Numbered from the stretch's first letter, positions 47,077 to 57,532 are shown. The stretch: 64,000 bases of DNA from Bacteroidales bacterium (GCA_017999895.1 JAGNKY010000015.1:4278-68277), one strand, 5' to 3'. Notes: generated by a model not told the origin, from the letters alone. A program made the numbers and translations.

Positions 47077-48651
47077 TTAATCTAACTTTTCGAAATCTAT
47101 ACCTATTTTGTTTACAGCATAGCCATACTCTTTTAAATAATCACCATAACCAGTCATCCAGTGGAATCCGTGCATTTTTTTAGCCAATAAATTACTGTCA
47201 CAAGTAAAGCTTACATCAATTTGAGAGCGACATATATCCAAAAAAGGATTATTTACAATCGTCCCTGGGAGCCCTATATGTTTTTTAAATGAAAAATCGG
47301 GAATAATGTTTGTTACAGTCTGTCCAATTTTCATTTCAACTTTAGGGGCAGCTCCATAATCGGATTCGAAATGGGTTAGCAACCTGGCTGGTTCGAGATT
47401 ATTGCCATCCATTCGACGTGGAGCAGTACAATGTGCCAGAGTTATCAATCCATTATATGGATAAGTCGGATCATTGAGAAATACAGGTTTGCCGGATATA
47501 TTAGCCAATAGTATCCCTGAAGGAATAACAACAAAATCAGATTCACAAAATGCAAGATATCCTGCATCGTTAAGTAAACTAAGTGTTAAGCAAGCTGAAG
47601 TTTCAGCTACCGGCATAATTGTTCCCATGCAGCTATTTATCGTAATCGCTTTAGATTCAAATTTTTCAAGAATCCGTTGGAACACTTCTTCCAGAATGAA
47701 GCAGTTATCAATGAATTCACGCTTAGTTTCAACTCTCAAACTTCTATCCTTAAGATATAAATCTGCACGATCTTTTGCTCTGACTATTAATGATTTATCT
47801 TTTCTGGCTTCTTTTAATAAATTTGCAAGATCTTCATAAGAAACAGATTGTATATCTAATCCAAAAATATTTCTGGCAAGCTCCGGTGCTTTCGGCTGAC
47901 TCCATCCGCCTGGGCCTCCAATGGTTATTATCCTTGAATTTAAAGTATTCTTTAAACCGCATAATGCTCTTAATCTCCATAAAATATCATCCTGATTATC
48001 AATTATAACATCATCATAATTCATTCCAGCGGCTGCAAGCTTATCTGTGCGTTTCCTTAAAAAAGTAGGGTTAACGATTTCGTACCATAGATATACCGGA
48101 CCCGATTTATAACGACAAAAAATTATCCTGTTTTTACCCTCTTTATTTAAAGAATCAAAAATATTGGCACTGCCACCGGCAGCATAAATAAGAAAAATAT
48201 CTGCCTTTTCCAGATCTGGAATTTTGCTTAAATCGGGTTCTGAACGGACAGAAGATACAGGAAGAAATTCAACCGGAAAATCAGCTCTTGACTTTAATGA
48301 TTTGAGTTCCTCCTGGATTCGCAAACACTCCAGTTCTGCATCTTTCTCAGTTTGTATTCCTCCCCATTCCCGCCAGCTCATTTGTTCACGACGAGCAGGA
48401 GTTGAATAAGTCAAAACAGGTTTTACTACCAGGCTTTGACGTTTAATCTCATTATTCTCGCGGGTTTGAATTGAAGCAAATGTCGTCCATGACAAACCTG
48501 ACAAAGCTATTGAACCAACGACTGAGGTGCATGTAATCTGAACAAATTTCCTTCTCGAAATTTCATTTGATAAATGCTCATGCCCCCCATTGCAACAAGA
48601 ACTACCTCCAATTTTATTGGAATGAGTATCTTTTTTCATATGACAAAACAT
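47077..48651 (-). CDS. Tat-signal protein of unknown function (paralog of 45433-47025)
   Basis: Twin-arginine motif SRRKFVQITC. Shares AITINSCMG...AFCESD with the neighbouring gene. The start may be the second ATG at 48639. Confidence 0.7.
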   Translation of the reverse strand: MFCHMKKDTHSNKIGGSSCCNGGHEHLSNEISRRKFVQITCTSVVGSIALSGLSWTTFASIQTRENNEIKRQSLVVKPVLTYSTPARREQMSWREWGGIQTEKDAELECLRIQEELKSLKSRADFPVEFLPVSSVRSEPDLSKIPDLEKADIFLIYAAGGSANIFDSLNKEGKNRIIFCRYKSGPVYLWYEIVNPTFLRKRTDKLAAAGMNYDDVIIDNQDDILWRLRALCGLKNTLNSRIITIGGPGGWSQPKAPELARNIFGLDIQSVSYEDLANLLKEARKDKSLIVRAKDRADLYLKDRSLRVETKREFIDNCFILEEVFQRILEKFESKAITINSCMGTIMPVAETSACLTLSLLNDAGYLAFCESDFVVIPSGILLANISGKPVFLNDPTYPYNGLITLAHCTAPRRMDGNNLEPARLLTHFESDYGAAPKVEMKIGQTVTNIIPDFSFKKHIGLPGTIVNNPFLDICRSQIDVSFTCDSNLLAKKMHGFHWMTGYGDYLKEYGYAVNKIGIDFEKLD

Positions 48652-48775
48652 TGATTTTTATTAAACTAATTATAGCTAATGAAAAATCTATTTTTAATGT
48701 TTTGAAAATAATAAAATCCAATTTAATATAAAAGAACTGTAAATTTTTAATTTATCAAAATAAAATTAATGGTGT

Positions 48776-51700
48776 TTATTTAATTCTAATTCCATAAAGT
48801 GAGGTTCTTGTAGTAACAAAAAGAGTATTACTGTCAATATCGCCGAAAGCTATAGAAATTGGCCGCTCTTCAAGGCTTATACGTTTCTTTTCCTTGCCTG
48901 ACTTGTCATATACGAATATCTGGCCATCTGCAACATAAAGATTGCCGTCGCTGTCTAAAGCAGTGCTATATTCACTTCTCGGGAGTATCTCTCTAAGATT
49001 CGAGAGTCTCCCATTTTCAGCTACATCCATCTTTACCAGCCGTTTTGCAATCTCATCCGATGCATAAAACGGTTTACCGGGAACGGCAGCCTCCAGTTTT
49101 GCACACCGGCCGATATCATAAGTCTCAGGTATGAATGTAACGCCATCCGGTGCAACAAAAGCCGAATCAGGATAATATACGGCAGCCATGTTAAACGTAT
49201 AATGCCACCTGCTGGCCGGGTACCAGGCTTTATTAAGATTCCGTATTCCTTTAGTGGGTACTCGTGGCATAGGAGTAAATGTCTCATCAGGGTTGTCGGG
49301 ATCGATTGAAAACGGGTATGCAGCCCAACCGCTGTTGCCAAAGCTGCTATAAGCTACATTGTCGTCAGGCAGCCGTTTAACCGTTTCCTGAACACCTCCA
49401 GGCATATACCCCGGCTGAGGATCATATCTGCATACTACCAGAAGATTATCACGAGAGTCGGTGGCAAGCACCAGGGGTTGAAAGGGATAATCAGCCAATA
49501 ACGTTGTAGTCCTGGTCTCGGACGACCACTTATATATTCTTTTTTTTCTTGATTCACAGAAATATACATTTCCCTTGCTATCCACAGTTATTCCCTGTGC
49601 AAAATCAAAACCGGTTGCAAGCTTTTCAATCTGACCTGCAAGATTCAGTGCCGGACTAAAACCCTTTTCCCTTCCGGTCACCGTCAATAGTGCATATTCC
49701 CATGGATAGACAGGAAGCCTTTTGTTCACATCATATACGGTAAACTCTGTGACCCAAAGTTTTTGAGTATAGTTATGGACATTACGGAATTTTATATTTT
49801 CACAGTTCCATAGTCTTACTCCGAAAGGTTTTGGAGTTGTTACTCTTATTACTCTGTATATCCATAGATTATTGAATTGTATATTCTTACAGTTTGAAAG
49901 TTTAACGGCCTGGCATTCTTTGCCCTCACGGCTCTCCTCTTCGAGCTGGAAAGCATATAGTTTCCAGTTTGAAACGTTTTCGAACCGTGCTTCGTTCCTG
50001 ACGTGGTGTTCGAGTGAAATAGCATATATTCTGCATGGAGTAGAGGTATTGCTTGCATAAAGGCCGCTTGTAGCATAGGTGCTGGCTGTCCAGATATCCT
50101 TTATCGTTCCTCCGCCGCCTTTAGTGATCCATAGGCTCCAGTACTGGTTATCCCATGCCAGATCAAGGCCCTGTTCGCTGACAGGGTTTGTGGGAGAACT
50201 CACAGCTCTTAAGCCCATTCCAAAAGCCTGCCCACCCTGTCTGCCGGAACTGCTTTGTTGCTGGCCAGAAGCCTGTCCGGACTGCCGTTGTGATGTGGCA
50301 CCGGAAACCTGTTGTCCAGAGTTATCCTTTGGAACAGGTCTGCGCATCGTTCCATGACCGCCAACAAATTTTATATCGTTCATGAAAGATTTCTCCCCTG
50401 CCATCCATTTACATCCGACAGCTCTGTAGTTTATTCCTCCTGTGCTAAGGCCAATTCCATTCAGGATATCATCACCGCCTTCAGAAGACTCCAGAAGAGG
50501 AACAGGCCCTCCGAAACCGCTGAAATCAGGCTCACTTTCTTTCAATATGAGCTGTGTAGCCATTGGATGCAAACCTATAAGCTTAGTCCCAGGCCTCATC
50601 TTTAACGTCCCGGTAATCCTGTACCAGCCCTGAGGCACATAGATCGCCGGATATTTTGCTATAGCATCCCTGAACACCTGCGTGTCATCAGTTTCACCAT
50701 CACCTTTCGCTCCCAGATGTTTTATGTTTATCCATGTCTCCATTGGAGGAAGCGAAGGAATATCTTTTTCCAGAGCGACTTTAACCTTTTGTAAGGGCTC
50801 TATATCAACAATAGTCTTGAAATCAGAGTCCGCATTCATATCATCCATAATCAGACCGTGAGTAAACTCTTTTACTCTATAAGTCTTGTACACTGATGTA
50901 GTCGTCTTGCCGCTTTCACGGAACATAGCAAAGACAGGCACGTTATTACACTCGATATTCAGTAAGTTAATCTGTGTCAGAGCGCTTCTCTCCTTGCTTA
51001 TTATCACGCCTGCCCGTGTTACATTCTCAAAGAGGCAGTTTTCCATGATAAGCCTGTCAATGTCATTTTCCCTTATCTCCACCGCCACAGGAACATTTTT
51101 TACATGCATATTTACTATTGCAAAGCCGGTGTTATGCGAGAATATAGCAGCTTTTCGCTGGCCTTCAAAATATGTATCTACCAGCATCATCGGCCAGCTT
51201 GGGGAAGTAGGACCTGCCATGATGCCGTAATCACCACCATAAAAACTCACATCTTCCATCTCATTGCCTACTTCGGAAATACCTGCTTTCCCTTTGCCTA
51301 TATTTATTACCATATGACTTACAAATCCGTGTTGGGCAAAGTGAGTTCGTAAAGCCACAGCAAATGGATTGCCATCCTCAATTTTTAAATTTATATTGGA
51401 AATTGCACTGTAAAATGTACCTGCTCCAGCATCTCCGGGTTGTCTTCCACCTGCAACAATACCCCCTGTGAAGAAAAACATATACTTTTCCCTGTATTGG
51501 CTCTTCTCATCCAACTGCTGAAATCCAGGTGAGTTCTTCGAAAGGATTATCTCAGGTCGCGTTTTGCCATAACCAATCAACCTTATTGAGGGGGGTATAT
51601 ATATCGTTTTACTAATACGATACTTTCCTTCGGGAATAAAAACTATTCCAAAATTCTTTTCTGTTTTAACCTTATTGATAGCTGACTGAAGAGCATCAGA

Positions 51701-51886
51701 TACATCCATCTTTCCATCGGGCTTGATGTTATAGTTCTCAGGTGTAAAATACTCCGCTTCCGGATCATCGGGCCGCAGAGTATAGACTGATTCATTATTG
51801 GCGTTAGACTGGGCAGCAATAATCCCAAAATTCAACAGCAAAAAACAAATAAACAGATTTTTTTTAGGTTTCATAAAAAGGAGCAT
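48776..51886 (-). CDS. Secreted right-handed beta-helix (pectate-lyase-superfamily/GH55-like, two modules) protein with a C-terminal SMP-30/NHL-like beta-propeller
   Basis: 1036 aa. DVSDALQSAINKV and LGAKGDGETDDTQVFRDAIAK mark two Pectate_lyase_3-type N-caps. There is an S/G/Q-rich linker, and the C-terminal region has DSKGNVYF/DSDGNLYVAD repeats. Confidence 0.6.
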   Translation of the reverse strand: MLLFMKPKKNLFICFLLLNFGIIAAQSNANNESVYTLRPDDPEAEYFTPENYNIKPDGKMDVSDALQSAINKVKTEKNFGIVFIPEGKYRISKTIYIPPSIRLIGYGKTRPEIILSKNSPGFQQLDEKSQYREKYMFFFTGGIVAGGRQPGDAGAGTFYSAISNINLKIEDGNPFAVALRTHFAQHGFVSHMVINIGKGKAGISEVGNEMEDVSFYGGDYGIMAGPTSPSWPMMLVDTYFEGQRKAAIFSHNTGFAIVNMHVKNVPVAVEIRENDIDRLIMENCLFENVTRAGVIISKERSALTQINLLNIECNNVPVFAMFRESGKTTTSVYKTYRVKEFTHGLIMDDMNADSDFKTIVDIEPLQKVKVALEKDIPSLPPMETWINIKHLGAKGDGETDDTQVFRDAIAKYPAIYVPQGWYRITGTLKMRPGTKLIGLHPMATQLILKESEPDFSGFGGPVPLLESSEGGDDILNGIGLSTGGINYRAVGCKWMAGEKSFMNDIKFVGGHGTMRRPVPKDNSGQQVSGATSQRQSGQASGQQQSSSGRQGGQAFGMGLRAVSSPTNPVSEQGLDLAWDNQYWSLWITKGGGGTIKDIWTASTYATSGLYASNTSTPCRIYAISLEHHVRNEARFENVSNWKLYAFQLEEESREGKECQAVKLSNCKNIQFNNLWIYRVIRVTTPKPFGVRLWNCENIKFRNVHNYTQKLWVTEFTVYDVNKRLPVYPWEYALLTVTGREKGFSPALNLAGQIEKLATGFDFAQGITVDSKGNVYFCESRKKRIYKWSSETRTTTLLADYPFQPLVLATDSRDNLLVVCRYDPQPGYMPGGVQETVKRLPDDNVAYSSFGNSGWAAYPFSIDPDNPDETFTPMPRVPTKGIRNLNKAWYPASRWHYTFNMAAVYYPDSAFVAPDGVTFIPETYDIGRCAKLEAAVPGKPFYASDEIAKRLVKMDVAENGRLSNLREILPRSEYSTALDSDGNLYVADGQIFVYDKSGKEKKRISLEERPISIAFGDIDSNTLFVTTRTSLYGIRIK

Positions 51887-52270
51887 AGAGTGTTTCTTTA
51901 AAAGTTAGTTTTTCCAATATTTTATTGCTTCGTCAGCCTTCAGATAAGCTCTATGTCAAATGTACTGAAAATTTTCTATTGACACACAAGCGAATAAAAA
52001 TATGGGGACATTTCCTTAACTTTGCCCTTAGTATTTGTTTGCACTACGAACTCGAAGTTCAATCAATTAATAGTCATAAGGTCGATGTCCCCGAATACAA
52101 AGGTAATAATAAAAGCGTAAAGGTCGTGTATCTTTGTGGTGGCTAACAACCCCGGTCTCAAATTGACCCATTAAACATGTCCCTGTTAACAAGGACTCTA
52201 AGAACACAAACATGAGTTAATATCGGTTGAAAAACCGGTCAAACTCGCAGCAGAAAATTGCATGCCAAAG

Positions 52271-53422
52271 GCGTTATAATTTGAAAAAGATTTATAGGAG
52301 AAATATACAAAAATGAAACGCTAAATTAAACTATAGCGAATTATTTTTTTAACGTTTGGGCATAACTATCCTATGGAAACTACTATTTTTAATTGAGTAC
52401 AGCGGCAAATATTGTATGTCAGGTTCATCATCCCTATTTTTGCTTTAGCCCTTGTCATTTCAATTATAATTACGAATGAACCGTTCATACTATTTTCTAC
52501 AAATCCAAATAAGTGTTCTACCCTGGCACGTATTCTGGATTTCTCTCCTTTACTGGCTTTCTGTTCTTCAGTTAATGGTTTGTTACGGTATCCCTTCTCA
52601 TTGATTCTGTTTATGATTTTTTTCTTTTTGTAAACTGCCTCCTGATCTTTTCCTATATAAGCGCTGTCAGCATAAAGAGGTTGTCCCGCGTCTTTCTCCG
52701 TCAGCAATTGCTCAATAACTTGCGACCACGAAGTAGCGCCGAAGGCAATTATGTACAGAAGCATCAGTAACTATTTATTCCTCAATTAGTTTTGTTTTGG
52801 CGTATGCTTTTACATGATTTTTATATCCGTAGAAGGTCGCGTTGTTTTTCTTTGTCCACCTTGCATCCACCACCTTCCCTTCGTTGGCAAAAACCCCTGC
52901 TTCATCCATGGTTTCATTAAAGGTCTTGAATAAACCCTCGATCACTCCTTTTTCTATAAGTTATTCCCGAAATAACCAGAATGTCTTACTATCAGGAACC
53001 TTGTCACTTTTATTCAATCCCAAAAACCGTTTAAAACTTGCCCGACGGGCAATCTGATATTCCAACTGATCATCAGGAAGGTTATACAAACTTTGAATGA
53101 TAAGGGCTTTGAACAACATCAATCAGTTAAACGCAGGACGGCCTCACTTTGATAAATCCCTGTCTTCATCCTTAGATGCCTCATTTATTGGAGATTCAAA
53201 TATTCCCCAATTGATAAATTTATTCAATTTTTGCAGCAGACTATCATATTTACTTCAAGTTTCCAGTAAAAAATTATCATTAAATAGCCCAAGTTGAATA
53301 ATGTTTTTTTATTTTGATTATTTTTACACTGGAAAATTAAGCAAATATTACTGTTATATTATACTTATATTATTAACATTTAAATAATTATATCAACAAT
53401 TGGTTTTTAAAGATGCCTATAG
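52271..53422 (-). mobile_element. Degenerate IS5-family element, copy 1 (transposase pseudogene)
   Basis: The minus strand reads LGLFNDNFLLET*SK..., LEYQIARRASFKRFLGLNKSDKVPDSKTFWLFRE*, VVDARWTKKNNATFYGYKNHV, ...LYADSAYIGKDQE...RARVEHLFGFVENSM, with several in-frame stops. Boundaries are approximate, set by homology to copy 2. Confidence 0.7.
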
Positions 53423-53428
53423 GTAAAT

Positions 53429-55105
53429 ATGAAATACATTAAATCTGTATTTGGACTAAGTGCTGCAGCATTGTTATGTGTGAATGCCTATGGTCAGCAG
53501 CCTCAGAAAAAGCCTAATATCCTGTGGATTTCAACAGAAGATATGAGTCCACATCTTGGCTGTTATGGGGATAACGCTGCCCGTACACCCAATATTGATA
53601 AACTCGCATCGCAGGGAGTACGATACACGAATGTTTTTACAACAGCAGCCATAAGCGCTCCATGCCGCGCAGGTATCATAACGGGAATGTATCAGACCTC
53701 TATTGGCTGTATGCACATGCGAACAACATCTTACAGGCGATCGGTTGAAAATCCTATAGAGTTCACTGCCGTTCCCCCTCATTATGTTAAAACATTTACC
53801 GAATATTTGAGGGCCGCAGGATATTATTGCACAAACAATTCAAAAACCGACTATCAGTTTGCCACGGATCCTGTGCCTGCAAGTATATGGGATGAATGCA
53901 GCAGAAATGCACACTACAAAAACCGTCCGGATAAAAACCAGCCGTTTTTTGCAGTCTTCAACTGGAACGGAACACATGAAAGCCAGAACTGGAATATAAA
54001 AAATGTAAAGACCGACCTGAAGAAAATAAAAGTACCCCCGTATTATCCCGATAACGAGATCATAAGAAAGAACCTGGCAAAAATGTACGACAACATTGCC
54101 CGGCTTGATTCAGTTGTCGGATCCATTGTAAATGAACTGGAAAGAGAAGGTGAACTTGATAATACCATAATCTTTTTCTGGGGCGATCATGGTGACGGAT
54201 TGCCGAGATGCAAAAGATGGTTATATGATTCGGGGTTGAATATCCCGTTAATAATAAAGTGGCCGGATAAGTCGAATGCCGGTACCATTGACGACCGGCT
54301 GATAAGTTCGATTGATTTCGGACCGACTGTTCTGTCTCTTGCAGGCGTCCCGGTTCCGGCACATATGCAGGGTATTCCCTTCCTCGGACCTCAGACAGGT
54401 GAACCCCGAGATGCTGTTTTCGCTGCACGCGACAGAGTTGATGAATCGTACGATATGATAAGGTCAGTACGCACAAAAAATTATCTGTATATACGTAATT
54501 ATTATCCGAATGAGCCATTCCCTATATGGGTGCCCTATCTGAGCAATATGCCAATTTATAAGGAAATGCTCCGGCTGGATGCCGAAGGAAAACTGACAGG
54601 CCCACAGAAAGCATGGATGGCTTATTCCCGGCCTCCCGAAGAACTGTATGACGTGAAGGCTGATCCATACCAGATAAACAACCTTGTCAATGATCAAAAG
54701 CTGAAATCAGTACTGGATGATCTCAGGAAACGTCATGAGAAATGGACACTCGAAACAGGCGATATGGGTCATTTAAATGAACTGGAGATGATTGAACAAA
54801 TGTGGCCCGGGGGCAAACAACCGGTTACGGATATCCCATATTTCATCATCAACTCACCTGAAGATCCCGCTTCAAAGAATTACCGGACGGGAGGAACATA
54901 TTCAACACCTATGACACTTGGTTTCTATTGCCCTACACACGGATCATCCCTTGTTTATACTTTCGAAGAAACGAAAAATCCGCGGTGGCTGCTTTATACG
55001 GGACCTTTGCATCTGAAACCGGGAAACCACAACATAAGGGTTAAAGCTGTCAGATACGGTTATAAAGACAGCGAAGAACTGAAAGGAACATTTATAATCA
55101 AATAA
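53429..55105 (+). CDS. Sulfatase (Ser-type formylglycine motif), secreted
   Basis: 558 aa with a signal peptide. Motif S-A-P-C-R-AGIITG (53654-53668) and metal-binding region ILWISTEDMS. Confidence 0.85.
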   Translation: MKYIKSVFGLSAAALLCVNAYGQQPQKKPNILWISTEDMSPHLGCYGDNAARTPNIDKLASQGVRYTNVFTTAAISAPCRAGIITGMYQTSIGCMHMRTTSYRRSVENPIEFTAVPPHYVKTFTEYLRAAGYYCTNNSKTDYQFATDPVPASIWDECSRNAHYKNRPDKNQPFFAVFNWNGTHESQNWNIKNVKTDLKKIKVPPYYPDNEIIRKNLAKMYDNIARLDSVVGSIVNELEREGELDNTIIFFWGDHGDGLPRCKRWLYDSGLNIPLIIKWPDKSNAGTIDDRLISSIDFGPTVLSLAGVPVPAHMQGIPFLGPQTGEPRDAVFAARDRVDESYDMIRSVRTKNYLYIRNYYPNEPFPIWVPYLSNMPIYKEMLRLDAEGKLTGPQKAWMAYSRPPEELYDVKADPYQINNLVNDQKLKSVLDDLRKRHEKWTLETGDMGHLNELEMIEQMWPGGKQPVTDIPYFIINSPEDPASKNYRTGGTYSTPMTLGFYCPTHGSSLVYTFEETKNPRWLLYTGPLHLKPGNHNIRVKAVRYGYKDSEELKGTFIIK

Positions 55106-55319
55106 ATCCGTGCCGGCATGCCCGTTCACTACGATATGAATCGGTCGGGAGAAAACTTCATGAACATCTCAACAAGCTTATTTGTCAACTTGGCGACTGA
55201 AGATAGCGATTCGGAACAATATGATTTTCAGGATCATATTAGCTGTGTAGTTGATTATGCTCGAAGCAAAGGGTTAGAAGCGATCCAATGGGAGGGAAAA
55301 TGAATCTGAGCATTGAAAA

Positions 55320-55925
55320 TATACACCCTATAGGCTCAATTTTATTGTTCATAAATATTTTTGCCGGAAAAACATCTTTTCGGCCTGGCAGGAAAACTTA
55401 TTGACAACAGTATCAAACTTGATTAGGCAGGACTGCATCCTGTGTTAATAATAGCTATTATGCTGCTTGCTTATTCTGGAACATCTATTATCGGAGGCAA
55501 CGGTTTTCTTGCAATATATCTTGCTGATCTCTACCTTGGCAATCAGGCATTACTTCACAAGCGGACCATTATGATAGTATTCGACAGAATGGCATGACTG
55601 ATGCAGATAATACTTTTCGTTACACTGGGTCTTCTGATTTTCCTAAGCGAAATTGTACTGGCAATAGGATAGACCTTCTGATTTCTGCTTTCCTTATTCT
55701 GGTTGCAAGACCTTTAAGCGTTTTCTCTGTCTTGTCAATTTTAAAATAAAAACCAGAGATAAGTGATTTTCATGGACTGGGATCAGAGGAGCGGTTCCTA
55801 TTGTCTTCGCTACATTCCCCCTTATGGCAGGGATAGAGAAAGCCAATAGAATTTTCAATTTAGTGTTCTTTATTTCACTTACTTCAGTGCTTATACAGGG
55901 AACCTCTTGTCCCAGAGTGGCTTGT
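55320..55925 (+). pseudogene. Remnant of a K+/H+ (CvrA/NhaP2-type) cation/proton antiporter
   Basis: Fragments in shifting frames: GSILLFINIFAG, LLAYSGTSIIGGNGFLAIYLADLYLGN, LMQIILFVTLGLL, LVARPLSVF and [22 protein letters not shown]...[14 protein letters not shown], with multiple stops. Confidence 0.6.
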
Positions 55926-57195
55926 TTATACAACAATCCTTAAATTTTTTACCACTTCCGCACGGACATAGATCATTGCGCTCCGGCTTTACCGGCGTAA
56001 CCACCCGGTTCTCTTTATTCCTTATCCAGTTCATTACATTTGCCGGTGGTCGTTTATTTTTCAGCTCCTTAGCCATAAATTCCATATATGGCTCAACATG
56101 TTTAAAAAATAATTTAAATCCCGCACATAAATAATTTAATCCGGGCTCACCGTCGGGAGTAAACAAAAACCGGTGTTTCGAGCACTCTCTGTGACAAGCA
56201 TACCGCACATCACATTGTAAACAATATTGCGGCAGCTTATTTCTCTTGTCAATGCCGAAATCAAACTGACGCTGGGATTTTACCAGATCGATCAGGGATG
56301 TTTGAAAAATGTTTCCCAGATAATATTCCAGATAAACGAAATGATCGCAGCAGTATACATTACCATTATGTTCCATTACCAGTGCATCACCGCAGGTTGG
56401 ATTAAAAACACAAATACCGGGGTTTTCTCTAACATAATTGGCCAGAGTGGCATCGAAAATCTGAACATAATACCTTGCAACATCATTTCATACCCATTCG
56501 TCGAAAATCGTGATCAGAAACCTTCCGTAATCCTTTGTCCCGACTGCCCATGGTGCTACTTCAGCTTCGCCGTGTACCGGAGCCCACCATTTTCAGATCT
56601 TTTTCATTTTGGCTGTATGAAATCCTTTCAACTACCGGAAGAAATTGCATGAAACCGCTTCCGATTTTTTTAAGAAACCTTTAAGTTTCAGTGGCCATGA
56701 AAACATTATAATCATTAACAACGCTCAGAGTATTGAAATCCACGTCGTGTTTATGAAGCAGTTCAATACTTTTCATAACTCTATTAAAAGTAGCTGCCCC
56801 GATCTTGTTTTCCTGTAATGGTCATGATTATGTTCCGGCCCGTCAATTGAGATTTCCACCAGCATATTGTTTTCCTTCATAAAACGGCACCAGTCATCAT
56901 TTAACATCGTACCGTTAGTCTGAAAAACATTATTGATGCGTTTGCCTCCGGCATATTTTTTCTGGAATTCAATTGCTTTCCTGAAAAAATCGAGTCCCAT
57001 AAGAACAGGTTCACCTCCCTGCCATGTAAACATTACCACGGGAACTTCATGTGCCTCAATGAATTGCTTCGTGATTTCTTCGAAAAGTTCATAAGGCATT
57101 CTTGTATTTCCGGTACTTCCAAAAAGTTTGCTTTTTTGAAAATAATAGCAATAGGCACAATTGAGGTTACATGCCGGTACAACAGGTTTCAGCAT
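55891..57195 (-). pseudogene. Anaerobic sulfatase-maturating enzyme (radical SAM/SPASM, anSME) disrupted by at least 3 frameshifts and one in-frame TGA
   Basis: N-terminal piece (56773-57195) carries CNLNCAYCYY (CxxxCxxC). The middle is readable only by frame-hopping: ATFNRVMKSIELLHKHDVDFNTLSVVNDYNV, GSGFMQFLPVVE and WWAPVHGEAEVAPWAV. An in-frame TGA lies at 56488-56490. The C-terminal piece (55891-56376) has SPASM cysteines and a [13 protein letters not shown] tail. Confidence 0.8.
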
Positions 57196-57532
57196 TACTT
57201 GAAAAGCTGTGGGACGATTAAGCCTGATGGCATCGGTGAAGATAAGAGTCGGTTTCTTTGCTTACATATAATTGCAAAATTATAAATATTGGAGAAATGG
57301 AGGAAAGTAGAGATAGAGTAGAAACGAAGAGACTCAGAGATCAAAAAGAAGCTGGAAAGATAAATCAGCTCCGTCATGTATTTATACTATTATTATGTTC
57401 GAATATTTTGTTTTTTTAGCAAATTTTAAAAATGTAAATAATTTTGTTTGCAGCCCTGTGCTGCGTTAGGTCTTTTATCGTAAAAGTTTTAAAAAGTGTA
57501 ATAAAGTATACAGGAAATAAAAACATAAAGAG

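Noticed and set aside
50224-50330. S/G/Q-rich tract (SGQQVSGATSQRQSGQASGQQQSSSGRQGGQ) in the beta-helix/propeller protein, and the Gly-rich tract at 34008-34095 in the DUF5107-TPR protein.
   Set aside because: These are probably flexible interdomain linkers. They are compositional features only, with nothing to suggest separate genes or repeats of functional interest.
55118-55303. 61-aa ORF just downstream of the first sulfatase.
   Set aside because: It has no motif, signal peptide or ribosome-binding context that I can recognise. It lies at the edge of the pseudogene debris, so it is not annotated.
56488-56800. Explaining the broken anSME purely as homopolymer sequencing errors.
   Set aside because: Three lesions do sit in or near homopolymer runs. 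However, there is also a substitution-type in-frame TGA, and the neighbouring genes are likewise decayed while 1000+-aa ORFs elsewhere are intact. The error explanation is not fully excluded without reads.
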